A stretch of DNA of 64,000 nt, taken from contig CM075992.1 in the NCBI GenBank assembly GCA_038087875.1, positions 9,116,001 to 9,180,000 of the forward strand, written 5' to 3'. The notes beneath the pieces are model-generated. The model did not search any database. It was not told the origin of the DNA and saw only the letters and a program-made list of their open reading frames with translations. Each line of letters starts with the position of its first letter. The stretch's first letter is position 1. A program made the translations under genes and the position numbers. The DNA is from Malacoraja senta. Taxonomy: Eukaryota. This document shows, in pieces, positions 61,983-64,000 of this stretch.

Positions 61983-64000
61983 AAGTCAAGTTTATTCGTC
62001 ACATACACATACGAGATGTGCAGTGAAATGAAAAGTGGCAATGCTCGCGAATTGTGCAAAAAACAAACAAACAAACTACAAACAGAATCACATATTCACA
62101 TATTACATATTTGTGGGAAAAAACTGCAATTTAAAAAAAGACAACAGTAAATTGGTTCAGTAAAGTTAGTCCCTGGTGAGATAGGAGTGTACAGTCCTAA
62201 TGGCCTCTGGGAAGAAACTCCTTCTCATCCTCTCCGTTTTCACAGCATGGCGACGGAGGTGTTTGCCTGACCGTAGCAGATGAAACAGTCTGTTGCTGGG
62301 GTGGAAGGGGTCTCCCATGATCTTGTTGGCTCTGGATTTGCACCTTCTGATGTATAGTTCCTGCAGGGGGGCGAGTGTAGTTCCCATAGTGCGTTCGGCC
62401 CAAAGCATTACTCTCTGCAGAGCCTTCTTGTCCTGGGCAAAGCAGTTCCCAAACCAAATCGTGATATTTCCGGACAAGATGCTTTCCACAGCTGCTGAGT
62501 AGAAGCACTGGAGGATCCTCGGAGACACTCTGAATTTCTTCAATTGCCTGAGGTGGTAAAGGCGCTGCCTTGCCTTACTCACCAGTGCTGCAGCGTGTGA
62601 TGTCCATGTCATATCCTCAGAGATGTGGACTCCCAGGTATTTAAAACAGCTCACCCTATCCACAGTATCCCCATTTATCTTCAATGGTGTGTACGTCCTC
62701 GGATGTTGTGCCCTCCTAAAGTCCACGATCAGCTCCTTAGTTGTTTTTGATATTCAAGAGGAGGCTGTTGTCCTGACACCAGAGTGCCAGATCAGCCACC
62801 TCCTCCCGGTAGGCCTTCTCATCATTATCGGAGATCAGGCCCACCACCACAGTGTCATCAGCAAACTTGATTATAGAGTTGGAGCTGAACCTGGCCACAA
62901 AGTCATGTGTTTACAGGGAGTACAGTAGGGGGCTGAGGATGCAACCCTGGGGGGATCCTGTGCTCAGGGTGAGGGACTTTGATGTATTTCCTCCCATCTT
63001 GACTACCTGGGGCCTGGCGGTGAGAAAGTCCAGGACCCAGGCACACAGGGGGGTGTTGAGCCCCAATTCCAGCAGCTTCTCGGCAAGTCTGGTGGGGACT
63101 ATCGTGTTGAAGGCTGAACTGAAGTCTATGAACAGCATCCTCATTTAGCCCCCCTTCTGGCTGTCAAGATGAGAGAGAGCGGTGTGCAGAACCTGGGAGA
63201 CTGCATCGTCCGTGGATCTGTTCGGACGGTATGCGAATTGTAGCGGGTCCATGTTGCGAGGGAGGAAGGCGCAGATGTGTTTCTTGACCAGCCTCTCAAA
63301 GCATTTCATGACTACCGAGGTGAGGGCCACCGGACGGTAGTCATTCAGACAAGCTGGGGAGGCATTTTTAGGTACAGGTACAATGATGGATCTTTTGAAG
63401 CAGACAGGAACCACGGACGTGGCCAGGGAGAGGTTGAATATTGTAGTGAGCACCGGAGCTAGCTGCGTAGCACAGGACTTAAGTACTCGCCCCGAGATGC
63501 CATCGGGGCCTGCAGCTTTCCTCGTGTTCACCCGTGTCAGAGCCCTCCTCGCGTCGTGCTCGGACAATGAGAATGTGTGCACATTCCTCCCTTCAGCTTC
63601 GATAGCCAGCCCGCTGACGGTATTGTCGACAGTCGGCAGACCTGGGGTGATGTTGCCCGTCTCGAAACGAGCGTAGAAGGAGTTCAGGTCATCAGCTAGG
63701 GAGGTGCCGGCACTTCCGGTTGAGGGGGGGGGGGGTGCTCCGGTAGTTGGTTACAGTCCGTAGCCCCTACCACAGGCGTCTGGTGTCCTGCTGCTCCATC
63801 TGTGACTCCATCTTGTCTCTGTACCTCCTTTTTGCGTCCTTCACCGCCCTTTGCAGTCGGTAGGACTCTACCTTGTAGACGTCCATATTTCCGGATGCCA
63901 GGCCCGAGTTGTAGGCAGCGGTGCGAGCATTCAAGGCAACACGAACGGACCTGTCTACCCAGGGTTTTTGATTCGGAAAGGTGCTAACCCTTACCGTGGG
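61983..64000 (-). mobile_element. Rex1/Babar-clade non-LTR retrotransposon (RT region and 3' end, disabled), running off the window
   Basis: [55 protein letters not shown] and KARQRLYHLRQLKK motifs; stop at 63145 and further disruptions. Confidence 0.9.

Overview
Repeat-rich eukaryotic genomic DNA, most likely from a cartilaginous fish (skate/ray). This is inferred from HE1-type V-SINEs, shark-like CR1 LINEs and Penelope-derived short elements. Host genes: two coding exons of SYCE2 (minus strand, ~15 kb intron) with a CpG island upstream, a single-exon 568-aa low-complexity Glu/Pro/Ala- and Cys/Lys-rich ORF with no recognisable homologue, and the first coding exon of a SMIM44-like gene. Two mobile elements carry captured host gene pieces. 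The first is a young 4.3-kb non-autonomous Gypsy-type LTR element (178-bp LTRs with 2 mismatches, 5-bp TSD, tRNA-Ser PBS, PPT). In it, pol is replaced by a gag-N-terminus / 21-bp repeat / ASPM IQ-repeat chimera. The second is a 3.3-kb TIR element with a 6-bp TSD carrying TDP2 exon 1, located inside the SYCE2 intron. Also present: an apparently full-length L1 with a twin-priming-type 5' inversion, a CR1 with near-complete ORF2, a Rex1/Babar-type LINE, two copies of a 1-kb TIR element with 7-bp TSDs, a Harbinger-type MITE, and many Penelope-derived, often palindromic elements with a minimal hammerhead ribozyme core. All identifications were made by eye and from recalled homology; no database search was run.
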